From assembly GCA_001593845.1 (NCBI GenBank), contig LUCF01000004.1, forward strand, positions 1-36,831: a DNA stretch of 36,831 nucleotides, read 5' to 3'. The stretch is from Candidatus Bathyarchaeota archaeon B63 (lineage in GTDB: Archaea > Thermoproteota > Bathyarchaeia > Bathyarchaeales > DTEX01). Shown here piece by piece: positions 1 through 8,314 of this stretch. Under the pieces are notes generated by a model, which worked only from the letters and a program-made list of their open reading frames with translations, was not told the DNA's origin and made no database searches. Numbering within the stretch: the stretch's first letter is position 1; each line of letters starts with the position of its first letter. A program made the translations under genes and the position numbers.

Positions 1-3
1 CGT

Positions 4-15
4 AAAAAATAAAAA
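4..15 (-). terminator. oligo-T terminator (TTTTTATTTTTT on the minus strand), preceded by a short stem
   Basis: The plus strand reads AAAAAATAAAAA at 4-15. On the minus strand an AGGGTT/AACCCT stem (plus coordinates 15-20 and 37-42) sits immediately before the T-run. It lies downstream of the minus-strand gene string ending at 228. Confidence 0.5.
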
Positions 16-227
16 GGGTTGTGAACGCGGAGACTGAACCCTCAAACCTACAGCATCCCGGACCCTTATCCTAATGAGAAAGGGAAACCGTGAAGAGGGC
101 CGGGCTTAAGATCGAGTCCAGCCGCGGCTCGTAGCTGACTAAGGGCTACTTCACATTCCCGAGACCCCGTGGGGCTTAGATGAAATGGGCAGATGAGGGC
201 AAAGAGAAGAATGGAGGAGGTTTTGGC

Positions 228-1436
228 TCAGCTCAATCCCAGATCTGAGATTATCCTCTTGAACTCTTCCTCCTTCAGGGAGGCTCTTCTCCCATTCTCG
301 TAGATCAACTTGATCATGGACATGACGGCCTCAACCTGATCATTAGTCGGGGTTCTGCCCGTCAACTCCCGGATCTTATGCTTCACGATGGCTCTCCCGG
401 AGTGCTTCCCTATCGTCAATCTACGCCTGTTCCCGACCAGCTCCGGCGGGTAAGGCTCATAAGTCAGGGGGTTATTTAGGACCCCGTGAGTGTGGATGCC
501 GGACTCATGAGCGAAGGCGTAATCCCCAACTATCGCCTTGTTCGGGGGGATCCTGTAGCCCGTTGCCCGCCCTATGAGGTCAGCCAGCCTCTTGAGCATC
601 CGGGTCTTACCCTCGTACTTCTTAACCCCGTAAAGCATGTATAGGTTCATGATCACCTTCTCCGTCTCAGCGTTCCCAGCCCTCTCCCCGATCCCCAGGA
701 ACGTGGTACTCGCGTATATCCTATCCCATACGCCTGAGGCGGCTCGGATCGCCGCCATTGTATTCTCAACGGCATTCCCGAAATCGTCGTGGGCGTGGAT
801 CTCGATGTCCCTTATCTTCGTCTCAGCCTTTATGGCCTTGACCTTCGCCGGTATCCCATTCGGGAGGGGAGCCTCGGGATCCGAGAGGCCTACCCCAACC
901 GTGTCGCATATCCTGTAGCATTCAGCCCCAGCCTCGGCGACGGCATTCACGAATCTCCTCTCGAAATCCCAGTCTGCCCTCGTGCTGTCCTCACCGTGGA
1001 CGAAGACCCTCAGGCCGTGGTCCTTCGCCGCATACTCGACAGCCTCAACGACCCTCTGTAGGAGCTCCTCCTCCGTCATCCCCGGCCACTTAGCCCTGAA
1101 GTGGATGTGAGAGACCGGGTGGGAGATCCCGACCTCATCAAACCCGCAGCTCATCGCGTTGTCTATGTCAGCCTTGACGGCCCTGCACCAACCGGCCACC
1201 CTAGCGTCCAAGCTCATGTCCTGAATAAGCCTAGCCGCCTTCTTGTCCGACTCCTGGAAGTGATGTAGCTCTATCCTCTCGACCCCCACCTCGTCGAGGA
1301 GGCGAGCTACCTCAGCGGCCTCCTCAGGCGAGACCGCCAGCCCGGGCATCTGCACGCCGTCCCGGAGGGTAGTATCATCGATAAGCGGCTCCGTCTTCAG
1401 CTCCATACTACTGAAGTGAAGCTCCTCAAGGTTCAT
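228..1436 (-). CDS. HMGL-like aldolase: homocitrate / citramalate / 2-isopropylmalate synthase family. Short form without a LeuA regulatory domain (AksA/NifV/HCS-like).
   Basis: 402-aa ORF. N-terminal IDDTTLRDGVQ substrate/metal motif, EIHAHDDFGNAVENTMAA, and GIGERAGNAETEKV. The length fits the short homocitrate-synthase type. Confidence 0.8.
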   Translation of the reverse strand: MNLEELHFSSMELKTEPLIDDTTLRDGVQMPGLAVSPEEAAEVARLLDEVGVERIELHHFQESDKKAARLIQDMSLDARVAGWCRAVKADIDNAMSCGFDEVGISHPVSHIHFRAKWPGMTEEELLQRVVEAVEYAAKDHGLRVFVHGEDSTRADWDFERRFVNAVAEAGAECYRICDTVGVGLSDPEAPLPNGIPAKVKAIKAETKIRDIEIHAHDDFGNAVENTMAAIRAASGVWDRIYASTTFLGIGERAGNAETEKVIMNLYMLYGVKKYEGKTRMLKRLADLIGRATGYRIPPNKAIVGDYAFAHESGIHTHGVLNNPLTYEPYPPELVGNRRRLTIGKHSGRAIVKHKIRELTGRTPTNDQVEAVMSMIKLIYENGRRASLKEEEFKRIISDLGLS

Positions 1437-1480
1437 TCTTATCCATGGCCTCCCTGTCTGTCTAAGCTTCGAAGCCAGCC

Positions 1481-1747
1481 TTAGGGAGGATAAAAGATCG
1501 AGATTAGGGTCTCAGTATGCAAGACATTCGGATGTTGCTCGATCATCTCGTAGATTATCTTCCTGAGCTCCTCTAGGCTGTCAGCCTCGATGACGACGAC
1601 TGCGTCGAACCTGCCGAGGACGGAGTTAGCCATCTTCACGCCCTTTATCCTCCTCGACCTCACGATCTCCTCAGATGTCCCCGGCTTCACGGTGACCATC
1701 ACGAAGGCACGGAGGGTTTTCCGACGTAGATCCTTTGAAGAGGACAT
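1481..1747 (-). CDS. stand-alone RAM domain protein (Lrp/AsnC ligand-binding domain only, no HTH)
   Basis: 88 aa. It aligns without gaps to the neighbouring 77-aa ORF (LRAFVMVTVKPGTSEE vs MRAYIFVKTKPATSLQ; GRFDAVVVIEADSLEEL vs GRFDAVIIIEAPSLDSI; HTETLI vs HTETSL). The beta-alpha-beta-beta-alpha-beta pattern is typical of AsnC-type RAM domains. Confidence 0.75.
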   Translation of the reverse strand: MSSSKDLRRKTLRAFVMVTVKPGTSEEIVRSRRIKGVKMANSVLGRFDAVVVIEADSLEELRKIIYEMIEQHPNVLHTETLISIFYPP

Positions 1748-1771
1748 CCTGGCTCTTCACTCTCAGCCTTT

Positions 1772-2005
1772 TTAACTCGATAATACTAGAGATGTCTCTG
1801 TATGGATTATGTTCGGGTCCTTCTCGATGACTTTGTAGAGGATCTCATTTATGCTGTCGAGGCTCGGCGCCTCTATTATGATGACGGCGTCGAACCTGCC
1901 GTATATCGCGTCCGCTTGAACGACCTCCTTGACCTTCCTCTTTATTCTGCCCACAACCTGAAGGGAAGTCGCCGGCTTCGTCTTCACAAATATATACGCT
2001 CTCAT
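1772..2005 (-). CDS. stand-alone RAM domain protein (Lrp/AsnC ligand-binding domain only), paralogue of 1481-1747
   Basis: 77 aa, MRAYIFVKTKP...YGRFDAVIIIEAPS...IIHTETSLVL. It sits 24 nt upstream of its paralogue and 33 nt downstream of glnA. Confidence 0.75.
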   Translation of the reverse strand: MRAYIFVKTKPATSLQVVGRIKRKVKEVVQADAIYGRFDAVIIIEAPSLDSINEILYKVIEKDPNIIHTETSLVLSS

Positions 2006-2038
2006 TTACTCACCACCTCTTTTCATTCTCTCCTATTC

Positions 2039-3526
2039 TTAATAATCAAGATACTTCATGATCTCCCACGGCGTAACATAGAGGCAGTACTGGTTCCAGT
2101 CGTTTGTCTTGTACTCGATGAAGGCGTCGAAGATGTGGCTCCCAAGCGTTCTGTGTATGACATCGTCACTCTTCATCTCATCCAAGGCATCCCTCAGCGT
2201 CGTCGGGAGCTCATCAATCCCCAGCGCCTTCCTCCTCTCCGAGGAGAGCTTATAGACATCCTCATCCACGGGGTCTCCTGGGTCGATCTTCTTCTTGATA
2301 CCGTCAAGCCCAGCCATCAAGATGCAGGAGTACGCCAAGTATGGGTTGCATGAAGGATCAGCAGACCTGAACTCGACCCTCTTAAGTGAGGCATGCTTCG
2401 GACCCTTGAAGTAGACCGGGACCCTTACGAGGGCTGATCTGTTACGCCTGGACCACATAATATATATCGGAGCCTCGAAGCCTGGGACGAGCCTCTTGTA
2501 GGAGTTTACTGTTGGGCAGCATACAGCAGTGAGCGCCTTCGCATGCTCAAGGAGCCCGCCGATGAAGTATCTCCCGGTCTGACTGAGCTCGGCGTACTCG
2601 TCGCTCTCATCGTACATGGCGTTCTCCCCGCCCTTCCAGATCGATGTGTGAACATGCATCCCACTCGCGTTGTCCAGGTAGACGGGCTTCGGCATGAACG
2701 TGGCGATCATCCCATACTTCTTAGCCACATTCTTAGCGACGAATTTATAGTAGATCGTCTTATCAGCGGTCTCAACCAATCCTCCGAAGCGGAAGTCTAT
2801 CTCCATCTGCCCAGCCGTCGCCACCTCATGGTGATGCATCTCAACCCTGAACCCAAAGTTATCCTCCAGTATGGATGCCACCTCATTCCTGTACTCGATC
2901 GTCGTATCCTCTGGGGGAGGCCTGAAGTAAGCCTCCTTCGGCCTTAAGGTGAAGCTCCCAGCGGAGATCTCAGGGGACTCAGGAACAACCCTCGGAGCCC
3001 CCCAGGAGTCCCCCTCACCCCCCTTGGGGCTGACCCACAAGTCCCAGACGAGCTTCGTCGGATCGACCGAGGAGAAGATGAAGTACTCCAGCTCAGGCCC
3101 AAAGTAGCTAGTGTAGCCCATATCCGCAGCCGTCTTAACCGCCCTCTTCGCCACGTATCCCCTAGAGCAGACCTCGGATGGCTCCTCGCCTCCGTATGCT
3201 TCATAGACATCCCCGATGACGATTGCGCTCTTCTGCTTCTCATCGCTCGTCCAAGGTATCACAGCCAGGGTCTCCGGATCAGGCTTAAGGATCATATCTG
3301 ACTCCTCGATGGACTTGAAGCCCCTTATCGATGAGCCGTCAAAGCCTATGCCAGATGTGAGGGCGTCGCCCTCTATGTACTCCCTAGCCGGTATGACCAC
3401 GTCTTGCATGAGGCCGCGGATATCCACGAATGTGGAGTGGACCCATCGTATCCCATTCTTCCTGAGCGTCTCAATGGCTGCCTTAACGGCCTCGTCCTTC
3501 AATGTTGGCACACCATTTTTGTTCAA
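2039..3526 (-). CDS. glnA: glutamine synthetase, type I
   Basis: 495 aa. GFDGSSIRGF (beta-grasp), FGPELEYFIF, ATFMPKP, SGMHVHTSIW, NSYKRLVPGFEAP, and RVEFRSADPSCNPYLA. TTG start at 3526. Confidence 0.95.
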   Translation of the reverse strand: MNKNGVPTLKDEAVKAAIETLRKNGIRWVHSTFVDIRGLMQDVVIPAREYIEGDALTSGIGFDGSSIRGFKSIEESDMILKPDPETLAVIPWTSDEKQKSAIVIGDVYEAYGGEEPSEVCSRGYVAKRAVKTAADMGYTSYFGPELEYFIFSSVDPTKLVWDLWVSPKGGEGDSWGAPRVVPESPEISAGSFTLRPKEAYFRPPPEDTTIEYRNEVASILEDNFGFRVEMHHHEVATAGQMEIDFRFGGLVETADKTIYYKFVAKNVAKKYGMIATFMPKPVYLDNASGMHVHTSIWKGGENAMYDESDEYAELSQTGRYFIGGLLEHAKALTAVCCPTVNSYKRLVPGFEAPIYIMWSRRNRSALVRVPVYFKGPKHASLKRVEFRSADPSCNPYLAYSCILMAGLDGIKKKIDPGDPVDEDVYKLSSERRKALGIDELPTTLRDALDEMKSDDVIHRTLGSHIFDAFIEYKTNDWNQYCLYVTPWEIMKYLDY

Positions 3527-3616
3527 TAGATCGACTATAAATTGAAAGAAATGTATATAAGTTTTTCGTTTATTGAAAAAACATTTATATAATATCTAAA
3601 AAATTGAATAAGTGTA
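3522..3616. promoter_or_regulatory. divergent glnA / lrp control region with TATA boxes and a phased ATTGAA repeat array
   Basis: Very A/T-rich. CTTATATA on the minus strand (3554-3561) lies 28 nt upstream of the glnA TTG. ATTTATATAA on the plus strand (3583-3592) lies about 25 nt upstream of the lrp TTG/GTG (3617/3623). ATTGAA occurs at 3541, 3572 and 3603 (exact 31-bp phasing), with an inverted TTCAAT at 3522-3527. Confidence 0.6.
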
Positions 3617-4129
3617 TTGGACGTGAAACCGCTCATGGAGACCAGGTTGGGAGGGAGAAAACTGGAGAAGAGCGAGGTTAAGGCAATCGACGAGATAGAT
3701 CTTCAAATAATAAATCTGCTCCAAGAGGATTCTAGGCTGAGCTTCAATAAGATTGCGCGTGAGCTCGGAATATCCGTGGGAACGGCATACAACAGGATCA
3801 GGAGCCTAGAGGAGAAGGGGGTGCTGAAGGCATACACCGTGATCGTGGACCCCGTGAAGGTTGGATACAGCCTGACCGCGATAACCCTTATCCAGGCTGA
3901 GGGGAAGCACCTCACAGACGTCGAGAAGGAGATCTCCAGAATAGAGAACGTCATAGCCGTATACGACATAACAGGGGACTATGATATAGCTGTGATCGCT
4001 AGGTTCAAGGACAGGTTCGATATGAACAATTTCATAAAGGGCCTCTTGGCGATGCCGTACGTGAAGAGAACAGTGACGAACGTCATCCTCAACATCGTCA
4101 AGGAGGACTTTAGGATCAAGCTTCCGTAG
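3617..4129 (+). CDS. Lrp/AsnC (feast/famine) family transcriptional regulator, full length (HTH + RAM domain)
   Basis: 170 aa. LQIINLLQEDSRLSFNKIARELGISVGTAYNRIRSLEEKGVL is a classic AsnC HTH. It is followed by a RAM domain (SLTAITLIQAEG...DITGDYDIAVIARF). Alternative starts are GTG 3623 and ATG 3635. Confidence 0.9.
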   Translation: MDVKPLMETRLGGRKLEKSEVKAIDEIDLQIINLLQEDSRLSFNKIARELGISVGTAYNRIRSLEEKGVLKAYTVIVDPVKVGYSLTAITLIQAEGKHLTDVEKEISRIENVIAVYDITGDYDIAVIARFKDRFDMNNFIKGLLAMPYVKRTVTNVILNIVKEDFRIKLP

Positions 4130-4645
4130 ATCTCTGGAGGGGAGACGGCTTGAGGTCGAGATCAAGGAAAACATAACTAAGCTCAGAATCACAGTCGAGA
4201 CTTAATTAAGCGGCAATGTTGCCTCCCATCCCGTGAATCTCTAATCCTGCCTTTAGAATGAGGCTTCTCCTCGTATCCCCAATAGATCTTTGTAAAAACA
4301 ATTATGAAAAATTTTCAATTAGATTTTTATTTAGACATGGAACCTCATGGGATGAGTTTCGATAGAAGGCTCTGAAAGCCCCTTAGGGCATAATACGCGG
4401 AGAGATCCTGAATGTTCCCATATGTAAGACGAGAAAGTACTGAGAAGCAGAGTCATGGCCACAGCGGGTGGTGAGGCGGCTGGATCATGGACTCATAGCC
4501 CGCTCAGACCTTACCGGTCCAGATTCTCGGCTGATCTCAGAAACCCATTATGGATGAGCCGTCAGCCTGTCTGGAAGCCGGGCGATAGGAACCTGTATAT
4601 TGTTGTATTTGAGAATTTTTAGATGGATATGAGGGAGGGCTCACC

Positions 4646-6319
4646 ATGAAGGTGGCGATGGCTCAGATAAATTCGACAGTCGGCGACCTCAAGGGGAACA
4701 TCGAGAAGATAAAGGAATACATGGGGAAGGCGAAGGATCTCGAAGCCGACCTCGTAGCCTTTCCTGAGATGGCGGTCACCGGCTACCCGCCCCAAGACCT
4801 GCTTTATGAAAGGGCCTTCGTGAGGGAGAACAAGAAGGCACTTGAAGAACTCATTAAAAGTAATGATTCTGAGATCGTGGGGGTCGTCGGCTTCGTCGAC
4901 TACGACGATGAAGGTAACCTCTACAACGCCGCCGCGATCTTCAAAGGAGACGAGATCGTCGGAACGGCGTATAAGACCCTCCTGCCCACCTACGACGTCT
5001 TCGATGAGGACAGATACTTCAAGCCGGCGAGGGAGGAGGACATCAGGCCGGCGAGGGTGGAGATGGGCGGGAAAGAGGTCAACCTGGGCGTTGAGATATG
5101 CGAGGACCTGTGGGACGAGGGATACGAGATCAAGGTGACCGACCTCCTCGCTGAGAGGGGAGCCAACCTGATCGTTAATGTCTCCGCATCCCCATTCCAC
5201 GCAGGGAAGAGATTCGAGAGGGAGCATCTGCTGAGGGAGAAGGCTGTCAAAAATAGGGTTCCCATCTTCTATGTGAACCTCGTCGGAGGCCAAGACGAGC
5301 TAGTCTTCGACGGCCAGAGCCTAGCCGTGGATGCGTCAGGTAACCTCATAGCGTTCGCCAAGCAGTTCGAAGAGGACCTCGTGATCACCGACATCGACCT
5401 GGAGAGGGGCGTGGCTCCGAGGGTTGATCCCCCACCCTACAACAGGGAGGAGGAGATGTTCAATGCCCTGGTCTTGGGGGTCCGCGACTACTTCAGGAAG
5501 ACGGGATTCAAGAAGGCCGTAGTCGGGATGAGCGGCGGAATAGACTCTTCGCTTACGACATGCATAGCGGTTGAGGCCCTGGGCAGGGAGAACGTTATAG
5601 GGGTCTCGATGCCCTCCAGATTCTCCAGCGAGCACAGTAAGACCGATGCGGAGAGGCTTGCCAAGAACCTCGGGATATGCTTCGTCCGTTTCTCCATAGA
5701 GGATATTGTTGAGAGCTACAGAAGGACACTGGAGGAGCCGCTGGAGAAGATACGGAGGCACTTCGGCATAAGTAAGGAGAGGGACGACCCGGTCGCCGAT
5801 GAGAATATACAGCCCAGAATAAGGGGGAACTGCCTCATGGACATCTCAAATAGGCTGAGGGATCTGAGGATACTCGTGCTTAACACGGGGAACAAGACGG
5901 AGCTCGCGCTTGGCTACTGCACCCTGTATGGGGACATGACCGGGGGGATCGGGGCTCTCGGGGACGTAAGCAAGCTCGAGGTCTACAAGCTCGCAGAGTA
6001 CGTGAACAAGAAGGCCGGCAGGGAAGTGATACCGAAAAACGTATTCAGGAAGAAGCCGTCGCCGGAACTCAAGGAGAATCAATATGACCCATTCGACTTC
6101 AGCATAGTCAGCCCGCTCGTAGACGAGATCATCGAGAACCGCAGGGGAAAGCAGGAGTTGATAGAGATGGGGTACCCAAAGGAGACTGTCTTGGACATCT
6201 ATGGGAGGGTCAGGAGGGCAGAGTACAAGAGGCGGCAGGCGCCCCCCTACATAAAGATAACCCGGAAGGCCTTCGGCATAGGGTGGAAGATGCCGATAGT
6301 CAACAAGTACGACGGATAA
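4646..6319 (+). CDS. nadE: glutamine-dependent NAD+ synthetase (CN-hydrolase glutaminase domain + PP-loop synthetase domain)
   Basis: 557 aa. The N-terminal nitrilase-type triad contexts are FPEMAVTGY, AYKTLLPTYDVFDE and GVEICEDLW. The C-terminal half has VVGMSGGIDSS (PP-loop) and LNTGNKTELALGYCTLYGD. GAGGGAGGG precedes the ATG. Confidence 0.93.
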   Translation: MKVAMAQINSTVGDLKGNIEKIKEYMGKAKDLEADLVAFPEMAVTGYPPQDLLYERAFVRENKKALEELIKSNDSEIVGVVGFVDYDDEGNLYNAAAIFKGDEIVGTAYKTLLPTYDVFDEDRYFKPAREEDIRPARVEMGGKEVNLGVEICEDLWDEGYEIKVTDLLAERGANLIVNVSASPFHAGKRFEREHLLREKAVKNRVPIFYVNLVGGQDELVFDGQSLAVDASGNLIAFAKQFEEDLVITDIDLERGVAPRVDPPPYNREEEMFNALVLGVRDYFRKTGFKKAVVGMSGGIDSSLTTCIAVEALGRENVIGVSMPSRFSSEHSKTDAERLAKNLGICFVRFSIEDIVESYRRTLEEPLEKIRRHFGISKERDDPVADENIQPRIRGNCLMDISNRLRDLRILVLNTGNKTELALGYCTLYGDMTGGIGALGDVSKLEVYKLAEYVNKKAGREVIPKNVFRKKPSPELKENQYDPFDFSIVSPLVDEIIENRRGKQELIEMGYPKETVLDIYGRVRRAEYKRRQAPPYIKITRKAFGIGWKMPIVNKYDG

Positions 6320-6406
6320 GCAGGCGAGCAGGCAGCTCCCTTCCCTGAGTTCTCAGCCGGAAGAATCGGCCTGTAAAGCCGTAAAATAGAATGGGTCAGA
6401 AAAAGG

Positions 6407-7927
6407 TTAGGCGGGTTCATTCACCTTCTTGCCGGTCTTCTCTGTCCATTCCCTGATCGGGACGGCGAACTGCTTCTCAACCCTCTCCCTGTGGATGCTA
6501 TTGTACGTGCAGAAGGCCCTGAGCTTCCCATCCGGCGTCGCGTAATGTATCGCGCACCTCTGAACCCTGTCGAGGTCCATGTTCCAGACATCCTGGAAAT
6601 GCATTATCCCTATCATTATGACCTTATACATTAGAGCCCCCAGAGCCTTGATGCTCCCCCTCCTCACGATGCCCTTCAGTATGTCCCGGAAGAGATCAGA
6701 CTTTATTATGGGCAGGAACTTCAAAGCCTCCGCCTTCGCCCTCGCCTTCTTCCCCCTCACCCCATGATAATAGATGCTCCAGAAGACCTCAGCGAACCTG
6801 TCAACATCCACATGTCTGGTTATTGGAGAGTACGAGTCCTCCTCGATCACTATGAATGTTGAGGCCCCACACATCGGGTGCATCGTGAACTCCGGGTACA
6901 TCCGTCCCTTAAGGATCTCCATCCCCCTTGCGATTGGGACAGGCCAGTTCACGGGCCTCCAGTCCTTAACGTGTATCCGCCCGCCCGTCTGCTCCTCGAT
7001 GAGCCTGATGGCATCGGGGACCGTGATCCTCAGCCTCCTCATCTGCTCCTTCTGGGCTCTCCCAGCCATCGAGATCGGCTGGATGTTGACGCATCTTATA
7101 ATGTCTGAGTTCTCCACGGCGAACTCGATTATCTCCCCCAGGTCCCTGTCATTGACGCCCTTTGCCAGGGTGACGACCAAGACTATCGATCTTAGGCCTA
7201 TCTCCCTCGCGTTCTCCAGAACTCTCTTCTTGATCGGTATGAGGCCCCTTCTCCCCCTCAGCTTCTCATAGATCTCCTCTCTCAAGCCGTCGAACTGAAG
7301 GTATATCGTGTTCAAGCCCGCCTTGTAGAGGCTCCGGAAGTACTCTATGTCCTCAGCCAGCCGTATCCCATTCGTGTTCACCTCGACATGCTTGATCCCG
7401 GCCTTCTTAGCCTCCATGACTAGGCCCGGCAGGTCATTCCGGAGAGTAGGCTCACCGCCGCTGAACTGGAGAGCGTTACAGGGCCATGGGCTGTTAGACC
7501 TGAAGACCTTTATCATCTCAACTATCTGATCGTAGGTAGGCTCATAAACATAATTCGCCGCCCCAGCATAGGCGAAGCAGATGGGGCATGCCATGTTACA
7601 TCTGTTTGTGACGTCGATTATGCCAAGGATCGTGCTGGACTTATGTTGGGGGCACAATCCGCAGTCGTAGGGACATCCATCCTCAACCTTGGTATGCGGC
7701 TCTTCAACTCCTGAGCCCAAGTACTTGGCGGAGTTCCACTCCTTGTAGAACCACTTGTAAAGCTCAGCGTCGCCCCAATAGACATCCTCGAACCTCCCAT
7801 GCTCTGGGCATTCCTTCTCCAGGTATATCACGCCGTCCTCCTCATAGATCCTCATCGGCACCCTTCTCAAGCATTCCGGGCATATGCTGGTAGAGTAAGC
7901 CTCAAACTCGCCTTCCCGCTTCATCAT
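6407..7927 (-). CDS. multi-cluster radical SAM enzyme, tetraether lipid synthase (Tes / GDGT-MAS, MJ0619)-like
   Basis: 506 aa. N-terminal rubredoxin-like CPEC...CPEHG, then CPYDCGLCPQH (auxiliary cluster), then the radical SAM CNMACPICF (CX3CX2C). FSGGEPTL is also present. The architecture matches my recollection of the MJ0619 family. The radical SAM call is secure. The Tes assignment is inference. Confidence 0.6.
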   Translation of the reverse strand: MMKREGEFEAYSTSICPECLRRVPMRIYEEDGVIYLEKECPEHGRFEDVYWGDAELYKWFYKEWNSAKYLGSGVEEPHTKVEDGCPYDCGLCPQHKSSTILGIIDVTNRCNMACPICFAYAGAANYVYEPTYDQIVEMIKVFRSNSPWPCNALQFSGGEPTLRNDLPGLVMEAKKAGIKHVEVNTNGIRLAEDIEYFRSLYKAGLNTIYLQFDGLREEIYEKLRGRRGLIPIKKRVLENAREIGLRSIVLVVTLAKGVNDRDLGEIIEFAVENSDIIRCVNIQPISMAGRAQKEQMRRLRITVPDAIRLIEEQTGGRIHVKDWRPVNWPVPIARGMEILKGRMYPEFTMHPMCGASTFIVIEEDSYSPITRHVDVDRFAEVFWSIYYHGVRGKKARAKAEALKFLPIIKSDLFRDILKGIVRRGSIKALGALMYKVIMIGIMHFQDVWNMDLDRVQRCAIHYATPDGKLRAFCTYNSIHRERVEKQFAVPIREWTEKTGKKVNEPA

Positions 7928-8299
7928 CTAATTACCCATCCACCTCTAGAAGAAAGATAATTATCATCTTAAATGTTTTTCATAATAAATGTTCATCATC
8001 AGTTTTTAATTGAAACTAACAGCCCAATGATGTAGAGGAATAATAGATGCGAATGTTTCATATTTTATGGAAATTTCAGCGGGTTAGGATCAATGATGGG
8101 TTCAACATCTCCCATGATTGTGGGGAAAAATAATCGTCCTGAAGGAGATGAAGGAAAAACTGGGGTTAGCCTAATCAATGGATCATCATTGAGGTTAGAG
8201 TAGGAGAGATCGTTTTGAGGTAATCTTTGAGCCTTGAGAGTCCCGTGAAAGAACTGAGGAGATGCCTGCATAACAGTTTTGTTTCGGCATTCTAGAGAT

Positions 8300-8305
8300 A
8301 AAAAA
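8300..8305 (-). terminator. oligo-T (T6) terminator after the oxidoreductase/TIM-barrel operon
   Basis: The plus strand has AAAAAA at 8300-8305, which is TTTTTT on the minus strand, 10 nt downstream of the stop at 8315-8317. Confidence 0.45.
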
Positions 8306-8314
8306 TTGGGGGGT

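Noticed and set aside
1-227. RNase P RNA-like fragments on the plus strand (GGGAAACCGTGAAG, GGCCGGGCTTAAG, CTTAGATGAAATG).
   Set aside because: No GAGGAAAGUCC (CR-I) partner is present, the order of motifs is wrong for P4 formation, and the strong terminator is on the opposite strand. This is not supportable without a covariance-model scan.
4540-4590. Similarity of TGGATGAGCCGTCAGCCTGTCTGGAAGCCGGGCGATAGG to the 3' end of RNase P RNA (UAGAUGAAUG...ACAGAA...CCGGCUUAU).
   Set aside because: I could not find a complementary 5' P4/P1 strand or a CR-I motif within 300 nt upstream. The similarity is probably a chance resemblance.
7928-8299. A 370-nt gap with a 68-aa ORF (8065-8271, minus strand) and C-box-like AATGATGA/ATGATGT motifs that suggest a C/D box sRNA.
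   Set aside because: The ORF is Pro/Ser/Leu-rich with no start context or motif. No properly spaced D/D' (CUGA) boxes accompany the C-box-like motifs on either strand.
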